Shown: one piece after another, positions 41,314-50,624 of the stretch | Position numbering within the stretch: position 1 is the stretch's first letter | How the letters are laid out: each line of letters starts with the position of its first letter | NCBI GenBank assembly: GCA_963777505.1 | Contig: CAVZQN010000008.1 | Span: 352,001 to 416,000 of the forward strand | Reading direction: 5' to 3' | Source: an uncultured bacterium | GTDB taxonomy: Bacteria > Acidobacteriota > HRBIN11 > JAKEFK01 | DNA length: 64,000 bases | The notes under the pieces: model-generated | Database searches by the model: none | Seen by the model: the letters and a program-made list of their open reading frames with translations, nothing else | Told to the model about the DNA's origin: nothing | Program-made: the position numbers and the translations under genes

Positions 41314-41775
41314 ATGATTGACAAAATTTCCAGCGGCAAGATTCAAGAAACTGTTATGGAAGAAACAACCCAAGCACCAGAACCGCAAGCACAGGACAAC
41401 ATCGCTTCTGAGGTTGAACCGCGTGTTCAAGCCACACCGGAACATAAAGCGGGACTGATTGCGGAACAACGCCTGGGCGGACAGGCGCAAGAATTGCTTT
41501 TGCGCGACCAGCTCAATTCCCAAATTTCCTCAGGGGATTCGAACCAAACGTCCGTTCAGAACGATGTGCGACAGCCTACGTTCACGAGAGATGCTGACCC
41601 TACCCTAACGAAGTCCGCTCCGGAAATTGTCCGTGAAACTGCGAAGCAGATTCCGGATCAACTCAAAAAAACACTGGGAGCGATCGGGGAAGCCTGGAGC
41701 GATCCAATTGGCGTGATTAGCGACGCCGCAGATGAAGCCAAGCGTAAGTTGGATAACATAAAATCCGGCAAGTAA
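41314..41775 (+). CDS. Hypothetical protein with disordered MIDKI- N-terminus
   Basis: SD AAAGGAGA before ATG 41314; no recognised domain. Confidence 0.75.
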   Translation: MIDKISSGKIQETVMEETTQAPEPQAQDNIASEVEPRVQATPEHKAGLIAEQRLGGQAQELLLRDQLNSQISSGDSNQTSVQNDVRQPTFTRDADPTLTKSAPEIVRETAKQIPDQLKKTLGAIGEAWSDPIGVISDAADEAKRKLDNIKSGK

Positions 41776-41861
41776 AACGGGCTTCGGCTCACTTCTCCAC
41801 AGCCTTGATCTGAGATTGATCAAGCGTTGAAGCATCGCGGAAAGAAAAATTTACGAATTTG

Positions 41862-42422
41862 TTACCGCAAAGACGCAGAGAGAAAATAGAGTAAGGCATA
41901 GCCTGCTATGATGCCTATAATCGCGTTGTATTCTTTATTTTTTAATACTTGATCGGTTGAAAAGGACGTCGATGCTGAATACGGTCGAAGTGTAGGATAA
42001 AAAGCAGGAACGTTCGAAGCATAAGCATCAAATTCCCGAAATTTTTCGCGCAAGATTCTTTCTTCATACTTCACAACTGGCACATAAATCACAAGAAAAT
42101 AAAGCAGCACGATCACCCAAATCCAAATATTGCTGCTCACTAAACAAAAGCCAATTGCGATCAGAAAACTTCCAATGTAAAGAGGATTCCGAACAAATTG
42201 ATAGGGTCCACCTGTTGTCAGTATTTCTTCCTTACGTAAGTGACCTGAGGCCCAAATCCGGATTACTTCACCTAACGTCACAAAAATTATGCTTGGAATG
42301 AGAAATTTCTGATCAAAACGTGAAAGGAGTAATGCAAGAACAACCAGAGGGATTCCAATGTTGCGGCGATGACGTCTGAAAAACGCAGGAAGATCGAATT
42401 TTGCGGGTTCCCCCTGATTCAT
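41862..42422 (-). CDS. ICMT/PEMT-family membrane methyltransferase
   Basis: GEVIRIWASG, GPYQFVRNPLYIG and YEERIL motifs. Confidence 0.85.
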   Translation of the reverse strand: MNQGEPAKFDLPAFFRRHRRNIGIPLVVLALLLSRFDQKFLIPSIIFVTLGEVIRIWASGHLRKEEILTTGGPYQFVRNPLYIGSFLIAIGFCLVSSNIWIWVIVLLYFLVIYVPVVKYEERILREKFREFDAYASNVPAFYPTLRPYSASTSFSTDQVLKNKEYNAIIGIIAGYALLYFLSASLR

Positions 42423-42432
42423 TTGGCTTATT

Positions 42433-43584
42433 TTACTGATTTTGGTTTAAAGATGAGGAGAGATAAAACGTTTTTTTAACGGCATCCAGTACGGGTCCTA
42501 CATCAAGCTTCTTTAAACACTGAACGCCAATGGGACAAGTCCTTTGATAGCATGGACTGCACTCATAATTAATTGTGCAAGCAGAATCCTGCGGGTTCCA
42601 TGGGCCATTTCGTAAAGGATCGGTAGGACCATAAATCCCAACTACTGGTACACCTAATGCGGATGCCAGATGCAATGGTCCTGTATCTCCCGAAACCATT
42701 AATCGCGATCGGCGCGAAAGAGCAATCAATTCACCCAGATTTGTGCTAAACGAAACGAAGGCGGGTGAAATGCATTTTCGCGAAATCTTGTCCGCCATAT
42801 GCTTTTCGCCAGGCCCCCACACGATTAAAGCTGGAATGTGCAAATCGTTGTACATGAGATCGATCAATTGCGCAAATTTATCAACTGCCCATTGTTTTGT
42901 TATCCAACCACCGCCAGGATTTACAAGAACAAAATCATCCAATTCAAACTTTTGCAGCTCAGTCTCAACATACTGTACGGCTTCGTCTTCCGCATAAATA
43001 TGAAAGTTCAACGGTTCATTGTTTGCGGTAATTCCTATCGATTCAAGAAGAGCAATATTCTTTTCAATAATGTGACGCTTGTTTTGAGTTTGTTTATTCA
43101 GATCATTCAAAAAGATACTACTCCAGGATTCTTTTCGATCTTCACGGGACATTCCGATCCGTCTTGGAGCGCCAGAGATTTGGGCAAGCAATGCCGATTT
43201 AAATAAGCCCTGGAAATCAAGAGCGACATCAAATTCTTGTGCGCGTAAATACCGGAGGAAACTCAGAATTTCTTTCCATGTTGAAGGCGATAAGATTCTA
43301 CGTCTCCAGTTTCGGGAATCTACAAGAAGAAGTTGATCGATTGCAGGATGGTTTCTTAATAACGGCGCCATCGTCTTTTCTGCAACCCAAGTAATGCGGG
43401 CAGACGAATATTTTTTACGGATTAAATCCGCGACGGGTAAGGTATGAATCACATCCCCGATTGAGCTGAGACGGAGGATACAAATATTGCGAGGTTCAGC
43501 CGGAGAACCGGCGTTTGATGTCTCCAAATAGCCAACGGGTGGACTGAACTTTGTCCCCCCCTGTGATGGAAGTTGAACCTCCAT
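42433..43584 (-). CDS. waaC: LPS heptosyltransferase I (GT9); true start probably downstream, e.g. TTG 43527
   Basis: LSSIGDVIH, DFQGLFKS, NPGGGW..K.W and GDTGPLHLA motifs. Confidence 0.8.
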   Translation of the reverse strand: MEVQLPSQGGTKFSPPVGYLETSNAGSPAEPRNICILRLSSIGDVIHTLPVADLIRKKYSSARITWVAEKTMAPLLRNHPAIDQLLLVDSRNWRRRILSPSTWKEILSFLRYLRAQEFDVALDFQGLFKSALLAQISGAPRRIGMSREDRKESWSSIFLNDLNKQTQNKRHIIEKNIALLESIGITANNEPLNFHIYAEDEAVQYVETELQKFELDDFVLVNPGGGWITKQWAVDKFAQLIDLMYNDLHIPALIVWGPGEKHMADKISRKCISPAFVSFSTNLGELIALSRRSRLMVSGDTGPLHLASALGVPVVGIYGPTDPLRNGPWNPQDSACTINYECSPCYQRTCPIGVQCLKKLDVGPVLDAVKKTFYLSSSLNQNQ

Positions 43585-43999
43585 ACTGTCGTACCGTCTC
43601 CTTTTCGGGAATCGTATCGGGTGTGTAGTCGCTTCCCTTGCAATGAAAATGCGGCTTCAATTCTACCAGCAAACGATCTACTGTGTCATCCTCGAAGATA
43701 AGGATATGATCGACCGATTGCAATGCTGAAAGAATCGTTGCTCGTGCATTTTGATCCAGCACCGGGCGTCCGAGTCCCTTGAGCCTTCGGACGGACTCGT
43801 CGGAATTTAATCCAACGATTAGCACATCACCCTTTGTCTTTGCATCATTTAGATACCGTACATGACCTACATGCAGAACATCGAAGCATCCATTGGCAAA
43901 GACGATCCTTTTTCCGTGTTTTTTTTCATTTTCGACAAGGGCTTTCAAATCTGAAAGTCCTCGCACTTTTGAATGCAAATTATTGTTTGTTGTAAGCAT
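43496..43999 (-). CDS. rfaE2: ADP-heptose synthase adenylyltransferase (RfaE domain II / HldC)
   Basis: NGCFDVLHVGH, NSDESVRRLKG and KGSDY motifs. Confidence 0.88.
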   Translation of the reverse strand: MLTTNNNLHSKVRGLSDLKALVENEKKHGKRIVFANGCFDVLHVGHVRYLNDAKTKGDVLIVGLNSDESVRRLKGLGRPVLDQNARATILSALQSVDHILIFEDDTVDRLLVELKPHFHCKGSDYTPDTIPEKETVRQYGGSTSITGGDKVQSTRWLFGDIKRRFSG

Positions 44000-44002
44000 A
44001 GA

Positions 44003-45001
44003 TCACGGATGCATATTTGCGACGCGAATTGCTTCTTTGAGTTCTTCAACTGAAACAACTGCTGCGCCGCGTTTCATTACAGTTATACCCGCTGCACAAT
44101 TAGCCAGTCGGGCTGCGTCAAAGAAAGAAGCGCCGGATGTGACTGCCATTGCAAAAGTACTGATGACGGTATCACCAGCGCCGGTGACGTCCACTATATC
44201 CGTGGACCCAAAAATCGGGATCATAGCCGGTTCAGCATCGCGCGTAAAAAGCGCCATACCATTTTTGCCTCTTGTGATTAGCAAAGCTTTCATATCCAAT
44301 CGCTGCAAGAGTTCATTGCCTGCTACGAGTAATGACTTGGCATCCAAAACTTTTCCAACAATTGATTCCACTTCGGGTTCATTGGGAGTCGCAGCTGTAA
44401 CACGCTTGTAAGAGGGCATTCTTTGTCTGGAATCAACAAATACAGGAATTCCGGCCCGGTCTAATTCTGAAAGAGCCTCCACCATCTGAACTGGATCCGC
44501 CACACCTAAACCGTAATCAGAAACGATTACAGCATCCAGTTTGCCGATCATACTTTTGAGCCGATCCCGCAAACTTGCGTGACATGCCGCATCAGAAGGC
44601 AACACATGACATCGATCCAGACGGAGAATTTGTTGTTTGACTGAATGAGGCGATCCTGCAACGATGCGTTGTTTGATGAAAGTTGGATGGGAATAATTTG
44701 CAACAATCCCATCTGTTGGAATCCCTTTTTCCTGCATCACGGAAAAAAGAGTCCGGCCTGGATGATCATTCCCAAGAAATCCGATTGGATAAGGAATGCC
44801 GCCTAGTGCATGAATATTGTTAATTGCGTTTGCAGCTCCACCCAGACCAATCTGGGCATCTTCATAGTTGACTATGAATACAGGTGCTTCGCGCGAGAAA
44901 CGATGGATCGTTCCATACACATATTCATCGGCGATCAGATCGCCATAAACACCGATCTTTTTGCCGCGCAGCTTTGGCAGCAGCTCCAAGAGTTCTTTCA
45001 C
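44003..45001 (-). CDS. rfaE1: D-glycero-beta-D-manno-heptose-7-phosphate kinase (RfaE domain I / HldA)
   Basis: SREAPV, GGAAN, SDYG, TPNEPE and DVTGAGDTV motifs. Confidence 0.88.
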   Translation of the reverse strand: MKELLELLPKLRGKKIGVYGDLIADEYVYGTIHRFSREAPVFIVNYEDAQIGLGGAANAINNIHALGGIPYPIGFLGNDHPGRTLFSVMQEKGIPTDGIVANYSHPTFIKQRIVAGSPHSVKQQILRLDRCHVLPSDAACHASLRDRLKSMIGKLDAVIVSDYGLGVADPVQMVEALSELDRAGIPVFVDSRQRMPSYKRVTAATPNEPEVESIVGKVLDAKSLLVAGNELLQRLDMKALLITRGKNGMALFTRDAEPAMIPIFGSTDIVDVTGAGDTVISTFAMAVTSGASFFDAARLANCAAGITVMKRGAAVVSVEELKEAIRVANMHP

Positions 45002-45026
45002 TGTAGTCCTTTGATAAATTCTTTTA

Positions 45027-45043
45027 ACCGCAGAGACGCAGAG
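45027..45043 (+). repeat. ACCGCAGAGACGCAGAG repeat unit
   Basis: Near-identical to copies at 37684-37701 (reverse) and 41864-41880. Confidence 0.65.
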
Positions 45044-45062
45044 TAAAGAATTTTTGTTTTTC

Positions 45063-45869
45063 TTAATTGTGTCGTTCGGTATCGTCTGTTTGAGATTCCA
45101 ATCGATTCCGCAATACTCGCGCAGGAGTTCCTACAGCCAGAGAATACGGAGGCAGATCGGAATTAACGATAGCACCTGCCCCTATAACACAATCTCTACC
45201 AATTTTTGAACCATCCAGCACAATTACACCCGCGCCGAACCAGCAATTATCATCGATGAAAATCCCGCCACGGCTCAGCGAAGGTTGTTGAATGACGGGA
45301 GCATCTGTACGTGAAAAATCGTGGTTGCCTCCGCCAACGAAATACACATACGATGCGACTAATGTATTTTTACCCATCTCAACAGCAACTTCAGAATGTA
45401 CAAGTGAGTTTTGAGCAATGTTGGTCCCATCTCCAAGTTTAATGTGACCACCTTTGCAGCTTAGAATATTATTCCTGCTTAAAACACAATTATTTCCAAG
45501 TTCAATCCCTTTAGGATCCTCACCTTTTGCATCCAGTACACAATTTTCATCTACGATACAATTATCACCGATTTTTATTTTATGTGGATGCCGAATTGTG
45601 ATGTTGCGTCCGAAAGTTACATTGCGTCCTATATGACCAAACACAATCGGATAGAAAAGCTTTCGCAATAAATATCCTAACGCGCCTGATCGCGAATTGC
45701 ACAACATCATCACGAATTCATATTTGATCAAAGCCCACCAGGATCGCATGCCGATCTGCATATCCATGTATTTAGTCAGTGGACTTTTCGCAGTTGTGGT
45801 TAACTGCGATTGAAAATCCGTGTAAGGACGTCCAATAGGGGTTAAGCTTTCTGTGGCTTTATGATCCAT
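45063..45869 (-). CDS. Hexapeptide-repeat (LbH) acyltransferase
   Basis: IGRNV, IGDNC and IGRDCVIGAGAIV repeats; GTPARV. Confidence 0.88.
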   Translation of the reverse strand: MDHKATESLTPIGRPYTDFQSQLTTTAKSPLTKYMDMQIGMRSWWALIKYEFVMMLCNSRSGALGYLLRKLFYPIVFGHIGRNVTFGRNITIRHPHKIKIGDNCIVDENCVLDAKGEDPKGIELGNNCVLSRNNILSCKGGHIKLGDGTNIAQNSLVHSEVAVEMGKNTLVASYVYFVGGGNHDFSRTDAPVIQQPSLSRGGIFIDDNCWFGAGVIVLDGSKIGRDCVIGAGAIVNSDLPPYSLAVGTPARVLRNRLESQTDDTERHN

Positions 45870-45914
45870 GTAACGATTTATTAAACCACGAAGAGCGCGA
45901 AGATACGAAGGTGA

Positions 45915-47117
45915 CTAATTTTTTACTTGAATTTGATGAACAGCTTTTCCGCCAGTATTCAGGATGCGATTGCTTTCGCCGTTGGGACTCTTATATGAAA
46001 TCATGCAACATCCGATACAACCACGGAAGACATTCGCTTTTTGAAGCTGTTGACGGAATTGTTTGTATTTCTGTCCGTTCCAAATTTCCATTAGAGATTT
46101 TTTCCGGATATTCCCCATATTGTAACTGTAACAGGGGAAAACATCGCCGTATGGACCGATATGCATCGTAGACCACACAACATTACAAGTAAAATGTTCG
46201 AGATCAGGCGTATTTTGATAATGATCAACGATGTCATCAACCGGCATGATCGGATTAAAACGGACTTTAGTAATCTTATTCTTCTTCGAACGTCCGCGTA
46301 ATTCATTACAAACATCGCGCAATAACTGACCCTCAATAGGTCTTACCGGAGCCGGCACTTTCATGTGTGCCTTATTATCAGGGCCTTCAATCCCGTATGA
46401 AGAAGGTTGATTGTTCACAACCTGATAAGAAACCAAATCAATCCCATTGTCTTCAGCAAGTTTAAAAATATCCACAAGGTTGTGAATATTTTCGTCTGTT
46501 ATAACAACCTTCAAATCAATAATCGGAAACTTTTTCTTCTGTTTCCTTTTTTCCGCGCCTAGAGTTTCGATTGTATGAACCGTCTTTTTATATGCACCTT
46601 TAATTTTTACGATTCGATCATGGAACTCTTCGGGACCTTCGATTGAAACACCCACCGACATCATTCCACTGGCGAGTAAATTTGGAGCTCCCATCGAAAT
46701 GACTTCAGCAAGTTTTTCATCGTTTAGGACTGTACCATTTGTTACGAAATGTCCTTTATGTCCTTTACTGATGTAACGGATGATATCCATGAAATCGTAT
46801 CGCGCGGTTGGTTCGCCACCGGTAATTGTCACGACTGAATATCCGGGAAGCTGATCGACCGTCGATTTGATTTCGTCGAGTGTCAAAACGTTCGGCTGCA
46901 TTTTCCAGGCCCGCTCAATGTTCTCGGGCGCTACGACCATACAAAACTCACATCGAAGATTGCAAAAGTGAGTGATGACGATTGCGACGCGTAGAGGTGG
47001 CAGAGCACGACCTTGTTTGTCGAACTTCTTAGGAACCGTGGCGTAAACCGTTGTTATGTCTTTGTAAAGATTACCGAAATCCAAGATATCACCCTTTGTG
47101 GCGGAACTCGCCGCCAA
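45915..47117 (-). CDS. Radical SAM protein with SPASM/twitch domain (start may be TTG 47084)
   Basis: CNLRCEFC, TGGEP; C...GDVFPC...GNI...CIGCC. Confidence 0.88.
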   Translation of the reverse strand: MAASSATKGDILDFGNLYKDITTVYATVPKKFDKQGRALPPLRVAIVITHFCNLRCEFCMVVAPENIERAWKMQPNVLTLDEIKSTVDQLPGYSVVTITGGEPTARYDFMDIIRYISKGHKGHFVTNGTVLNDEKLAEVISMGAPNLLASGMMSVGVSIEGPEEFHDRIVKIKGAYKKTVHTIETLGAEKRKQKKKFPIIDLKVVITDENIHNLVDIFKLAEDNGIDLVSYQVVNNQPSSYGIEGPDNKAHMKVPAPVRPIEGQLLRDVCNELRGRSKKNKITKVRFNPIMPVDDIVDHYQNTPDLEHFTCNVVWSTMHIGPYGDVFPCYSYNMGNIRKKSLMEIWNGQKYKQFRQQLQKANVFRGCIGCCMISYKSPNGESNRILNTGGKAVHQIQVKN

Positions 47118-47136
47118 GACGCCCTGTCGCCAAGAA
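47111..47136 (+). repeat. CGCCAAG-type repeat unit
   Basis: CCGCCAAGACGCCCTGTCGCCAAGAA; near-identical copy at 51974-52000 and a degenerate copy at 58227-58253. Confidence 0.7.
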
Positions 47137-47229
47137 AAAATTGATTCTTGACTGACATCGTCGAGACATGCCAGTGGCCTGCATATTATATCAATCTATG
47201 CTTTCTCGCGCCAATGAGGCAATTAGCGC

Positions 47230-49650
47230 TTACTGCGGCAGACCGACACGCTTCACGAGATCAGTAAATCGCGGATCACTACGAAGGCTATCGTAAGCGT
47301 CATCAACCTTCAAATACGATAGTCGAATAGAACGCTCCTGATATGCCTTTTCCAGATATTCAAAAGCCTGGTCCTTTTCTCCCAGTGCAGTATAAAGTAT
47401 TGCTATTCCAACAGGCGAAACGTACTGCTTTTCAGACAGTTGCCTTACTTCATCAAGTATCTTCCGTGCTTCATCTTTCTTTCCCGATTTTGCATAAACG
47501 ATCCCGGCCCTAATCAAATAAGGAGGAATTTCACCGGAAAGATCGCGCGTCTTTTGAAACTCTGCCAATGCTTCCTTGTACAGGCCCTTTTGAAGATAGG
47601 TAAATCCGAGTCCCTCATGGCTAGTAGGAAAGTTGGGATCCATCTCAATCGTCTTGCGATAATACTCCATCGCTTTGTCATATTGACGAGCATCAGAGTA
47701 ACGATCTCCAACACTTTTGTTAATCATCATCGATAACGGATCCAGTTCCTGAGCTTGTTTGATCTGAGCAATCCCTTCATAGACGCGGCCCATATTTGCT
47801 AAATAAACTGAATACCAATGGTGAGCGGTTGCATAATTGGGATTTAATTCAAGCGCTCGTTTGTATTCTTTTTCAGCTTCTTGCCATTTCCAGTTAAGTT
47901 CATGGACGCTAGCTAAAGAAGTATGGGCTTCTGCTAATGTATCATCCAATTCCAAAGCCTTCTCTGCAGCTTCACTTGCTTTTTGCGTTGCCTCAATTGA
48001 AGGAATGAAGTTGTAGTCCCCAAGCACGATGTAGCAGTCAGAAATTCCTGCGTAGGCTAAAGCATATTTTGGATCTTTTTCTATTGCCTGCTGGAAGTAT
48101 TCAACTGCTTTCTTTAATCCTTCTTTTGTTCGTTTATCCCAGTAGTATCGACCTTTCAAATAAAGTTGATACGCTTCCGTATTATTAGTGAATTGCTTTG
48201 TAAGCTTTTCACGCTCTTCTCCCGTTAATTTCACTCGCAATTGTTCTGATATTTCTTTTGAGATATCGGATTGCACCGAAAGAATGTCAGAAAGATTTCG
48301 ATTGTATTGTTGTCCCCAAAGTTGTGTGCCATCCGAGACCTGCACTAAATCTGCGCGAATGATCAATGTATTTTCTTGTTGATTGATGCTGCCAGTGACG
48401 ACAGCATCGACATTGAGGTCTCTACCAACTTTCCGTGGATCGACTTCTTTTCCTTTGTAAGTAAAAACTGTTCCGCGCGCCATAACACGAAGTCGAGGAA
48501 CTTGGGAAAGAGTGTTGATGGTACTTTCAGTAATGCCGTCGCTGAGATATTCAGTTTTCGGATCTGCATTCAAGTTGAGAAAAGGCAACACAGCAAGTGA
48601 CCGGATCGCTTGTCCGCGATTGCCATGCAAATAAAATGAAATTCCAATAGCAAGCGCTGCAACGACAAGACCTGCCAAAATGAATCCCCAGGTGCGGAAT
48701 CGGGATTTTGGTGTCAAAACAGTTGCGGATGGAATCTGTGAGATTGAAGATCGTCCTGTATCGATTTCCCGTTTTAAACGTTTTAAATCGGCTCGAACTT
48801 CTGCTGCACTTTGATATCGCAGCTCACGATCTTTCTCCTGACACTTGTTGATGATGTGTTCCAATTCCGGAGGCAAATCGGGATTCAATCGCAAAGCAGG
48901 CGTTGGAATTTTCGTAAGAATTGCTTCAAAAAGAGCCACAGTAGTATTTCCGAAAAAAGCTTGTCTGCCGGTCGCCATTTCATAAAGCACTGCTCCAAAC
49001 GAAAAAAGGTCGGTACGCGAATCCACGTTCTCACCGCGTGCTTGCTCAGGAGACATGTAGGCAATCGTTCCGATCGTTGTGCCGGGATGAGTTAGAGATT
49101 CATTTTTGGCTTCTGTCTGCAATACGGAAACCCCCGCGGCATCTGATGCGTGCGGCTGTGCCGAAAGTTTTGCAAGACCGAAATCTAGAATCTTCGCCTG
49201 GTTGCGATTGGTTACGAAAATGTTAGCAGGTTTGATATCGCGATGAATGATTCCTTTGGAATGTGCGGCATCCAATGCATCAGCGATTTGAATTGAAAGA
49301 TCCAGGAGTTGTTCGTTGCCAAAAGGTTTGCCTTCAATGCGATGCTTTAATGTTTGCCCTTCCATTAATTCCATTGCAATGAAATGCAGTTGCGTCTGAT
49401 CTCCATCAGACAAAGTTCCGCTATCGATATCATGGATCGTGCAAATGTGTGGATGATTGAGTGCAGATGCTGCACGCGCTTCACGCTGAAAGCGTTCCAG
49501 CGCAAGTGGGTCTTTAGCGAGTTCCTCTGGCAAAAATTTTAGTGCAACTTCCCGGCCAAGCTTGGTATCTTCTGCGCGATACACTACACCCATCCCGCCT
49601 CCACCGAGGCGCTCAATGATCCGGTAGTGCGAAATGGTTTTGCCTAACAT
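47230..49650 (-). CDS. Ser/Thr protein kinase with TM, TolB-N-like domain and TPRs
   Basis: GGGGMGVV, HRDIKPAN, DFG and YMSPE; SLAVLPF; TPR repeats. Confidence 0.93.
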   Translation of the reverse strand: MLGKTISHYRIIERLGGGGMGVVYRAEDTKLGREVALKFLPEELAKDPLALERFQREARAASALNHPHICTIHDIDSGTLSDGDQTQLHFIAMELMEGQTLKHRIEGKPFGNEQLLDLSIQIADALDAAHSKGIIHRDIKPANIFVTNRNQAKILDFGLAKLSAQPHASDAAGVSVLQTEAKNESLTHPGTTIGTIAYMSPEQARGENVDSRTDLFSFGAVLYEMATGRQAFFGNTTVALFEAILTKIPTPALRLNPDLPPELEHIINKCQEKDRELRYQSAAEVRADLKRLKREIDTGRSSISQIPSATVLTPKSRFRTWGFILAGLVVAALAIGISFYLHGNRGQAIRSLAVLPFLNLNADPKTEYLSDGITESTINTLSQVPRLRVMARGTVFTYKGKEVDPRKVGRDLNVDAVVTGSINQQENTLIIRADLVQVSDGTQLWGQQYNRNLSDILSVQSDISKEISEQLRVKLTGEEREKLTKQFTNNTEAYQLYLKGRYYWDKRTKEGLKKAVEYFQQAIEKDPKYALAYAGISDCYIVLGDYNFIPSIEATQKASEAAEKALELDDTLAEAHTSLASVHELNWKWQEAEKEYKRALELNPNYATAHHWYSVYLANMGRVYEGIAQIKQAQELDPLSMMINKSVGDRYSDARQYDKAMEYYRKTIEMDPNFPTSHEGLGFTYLQKGLYKEALAEFQKTRDLSGEIPPYLIRAGIVYAKSGKKDEARKILDEVRQLSEKQYVSPVGIAILYTALGEKDQAFEYLEKAYQERSIRLSYLKVDDAYDSLRSDPRFTDLVKRVGLPQ

Positions 49651-49738
49651 TGAAGATTCTTATTCTAAACTATAAACACCCGTTGCATTGAAGTTGCTAA
49701 TCAAGCGCGCGATTGCTGAAGTCGATGGGTTCGTAGCG

Positions 49739-50488
49739 CTAAGCGAGGTACTCCGAAACCAGCACCACATCCTTAATTACAGACTGATACTCAACGTGGG
49801 TTTCATGCTCGATCGTGCGCCAACGCTTGCCTTCGTTCTCAGTCATGTAGGCCCAATATTCTGGTGCGCCGGGGAACTTAATATTGTCTGCCACGACCAA
49901 TGCGCCCTGGCGGAGCCAGCCCTGCTTCTGGATTAAATGTATGTCGGAAAGATAAACGCTTTTGTCATGGTCAATGAATACGAGATCGACAGAGCCCGGG
50001 CCGAAGCCATGTGCATTTCTCAACGCATCAATGGTTTTACCTCCGTCACCTAAAGTGCCCACAACCACAGTGACACGCCCGCTTACACCGGCGTGTTCAT
50101 GGATGCGACGTGCAATTTCAGCGTTCGACGCATTGAATTCGATCGAAACAATTTGCGCAGAGGGTGCAGAGACAGCCATGCGCAACGAACTGTATCCGCA
50201 GTAAGTTCCTAGCTCAAGAATGCGTGACGGCTTAGCCTTCGCGACCGCGTCATCAAGGATACGTCCTTTCTCATCTCCTACATTGATCAGAAAGCTCTCG
50301 TTGTAGCAGTACTCATCGATGATTCTAATGACATCTGCCGGATCGTTGCGACGCGCTCGTTCAACTACATAATCCACGAGTCGTGCTTCACGTCCGTCTC
50401 CAACTTGCCATTCCGTTGTAAGATGCTTCATTCCGAAAATGATCCGCCAGAAAGACCAGCGCAGGAAAGGAATCCTTCTCCAGTTCAT
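49739..50488 (-). CDS. Catechol O-methyltransferase-like protein
   Basis: INVGDEKG, LELGTYCGYS, FIDHDK and VADN motifs; SD GGAG before ATG 50488. Confidence 0.88.
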   Translation of the reverse strand: MNWRRIPFLRWSFWRIIFGMKHLTTEWQVGDGREARLVDYVVERARRNDPADVIRIIDEYCYNESFLINVGDEKGRILDDAVAKAKPSRILELGTYCGYSSLRMAVSAPSAQIVSIEFNASNAEIARRIHEHAGVSGRVTVVVGTLGDGGKTIDALRNAHGFGPGSVDLVFIDHDKSVYLSDIHLIQKQGWLRQGALVVADNIKFPGAPEYWAYMTENEGKRWRTIEHETHVEYQSVIKDVVLVSEYLA

Positions 50489-50624
50489 ATTAATCTCCAA
50501 TGAATGTTTACCTTTGTATTTTAACAAGAATTCAAAAATACGGAATTAAGTTGATACCGAACACTTCATAAGATGAGTGACGCTTCTGAAATCAACTCGT
50601 GATGAGATTACAATAGTACAGCTA

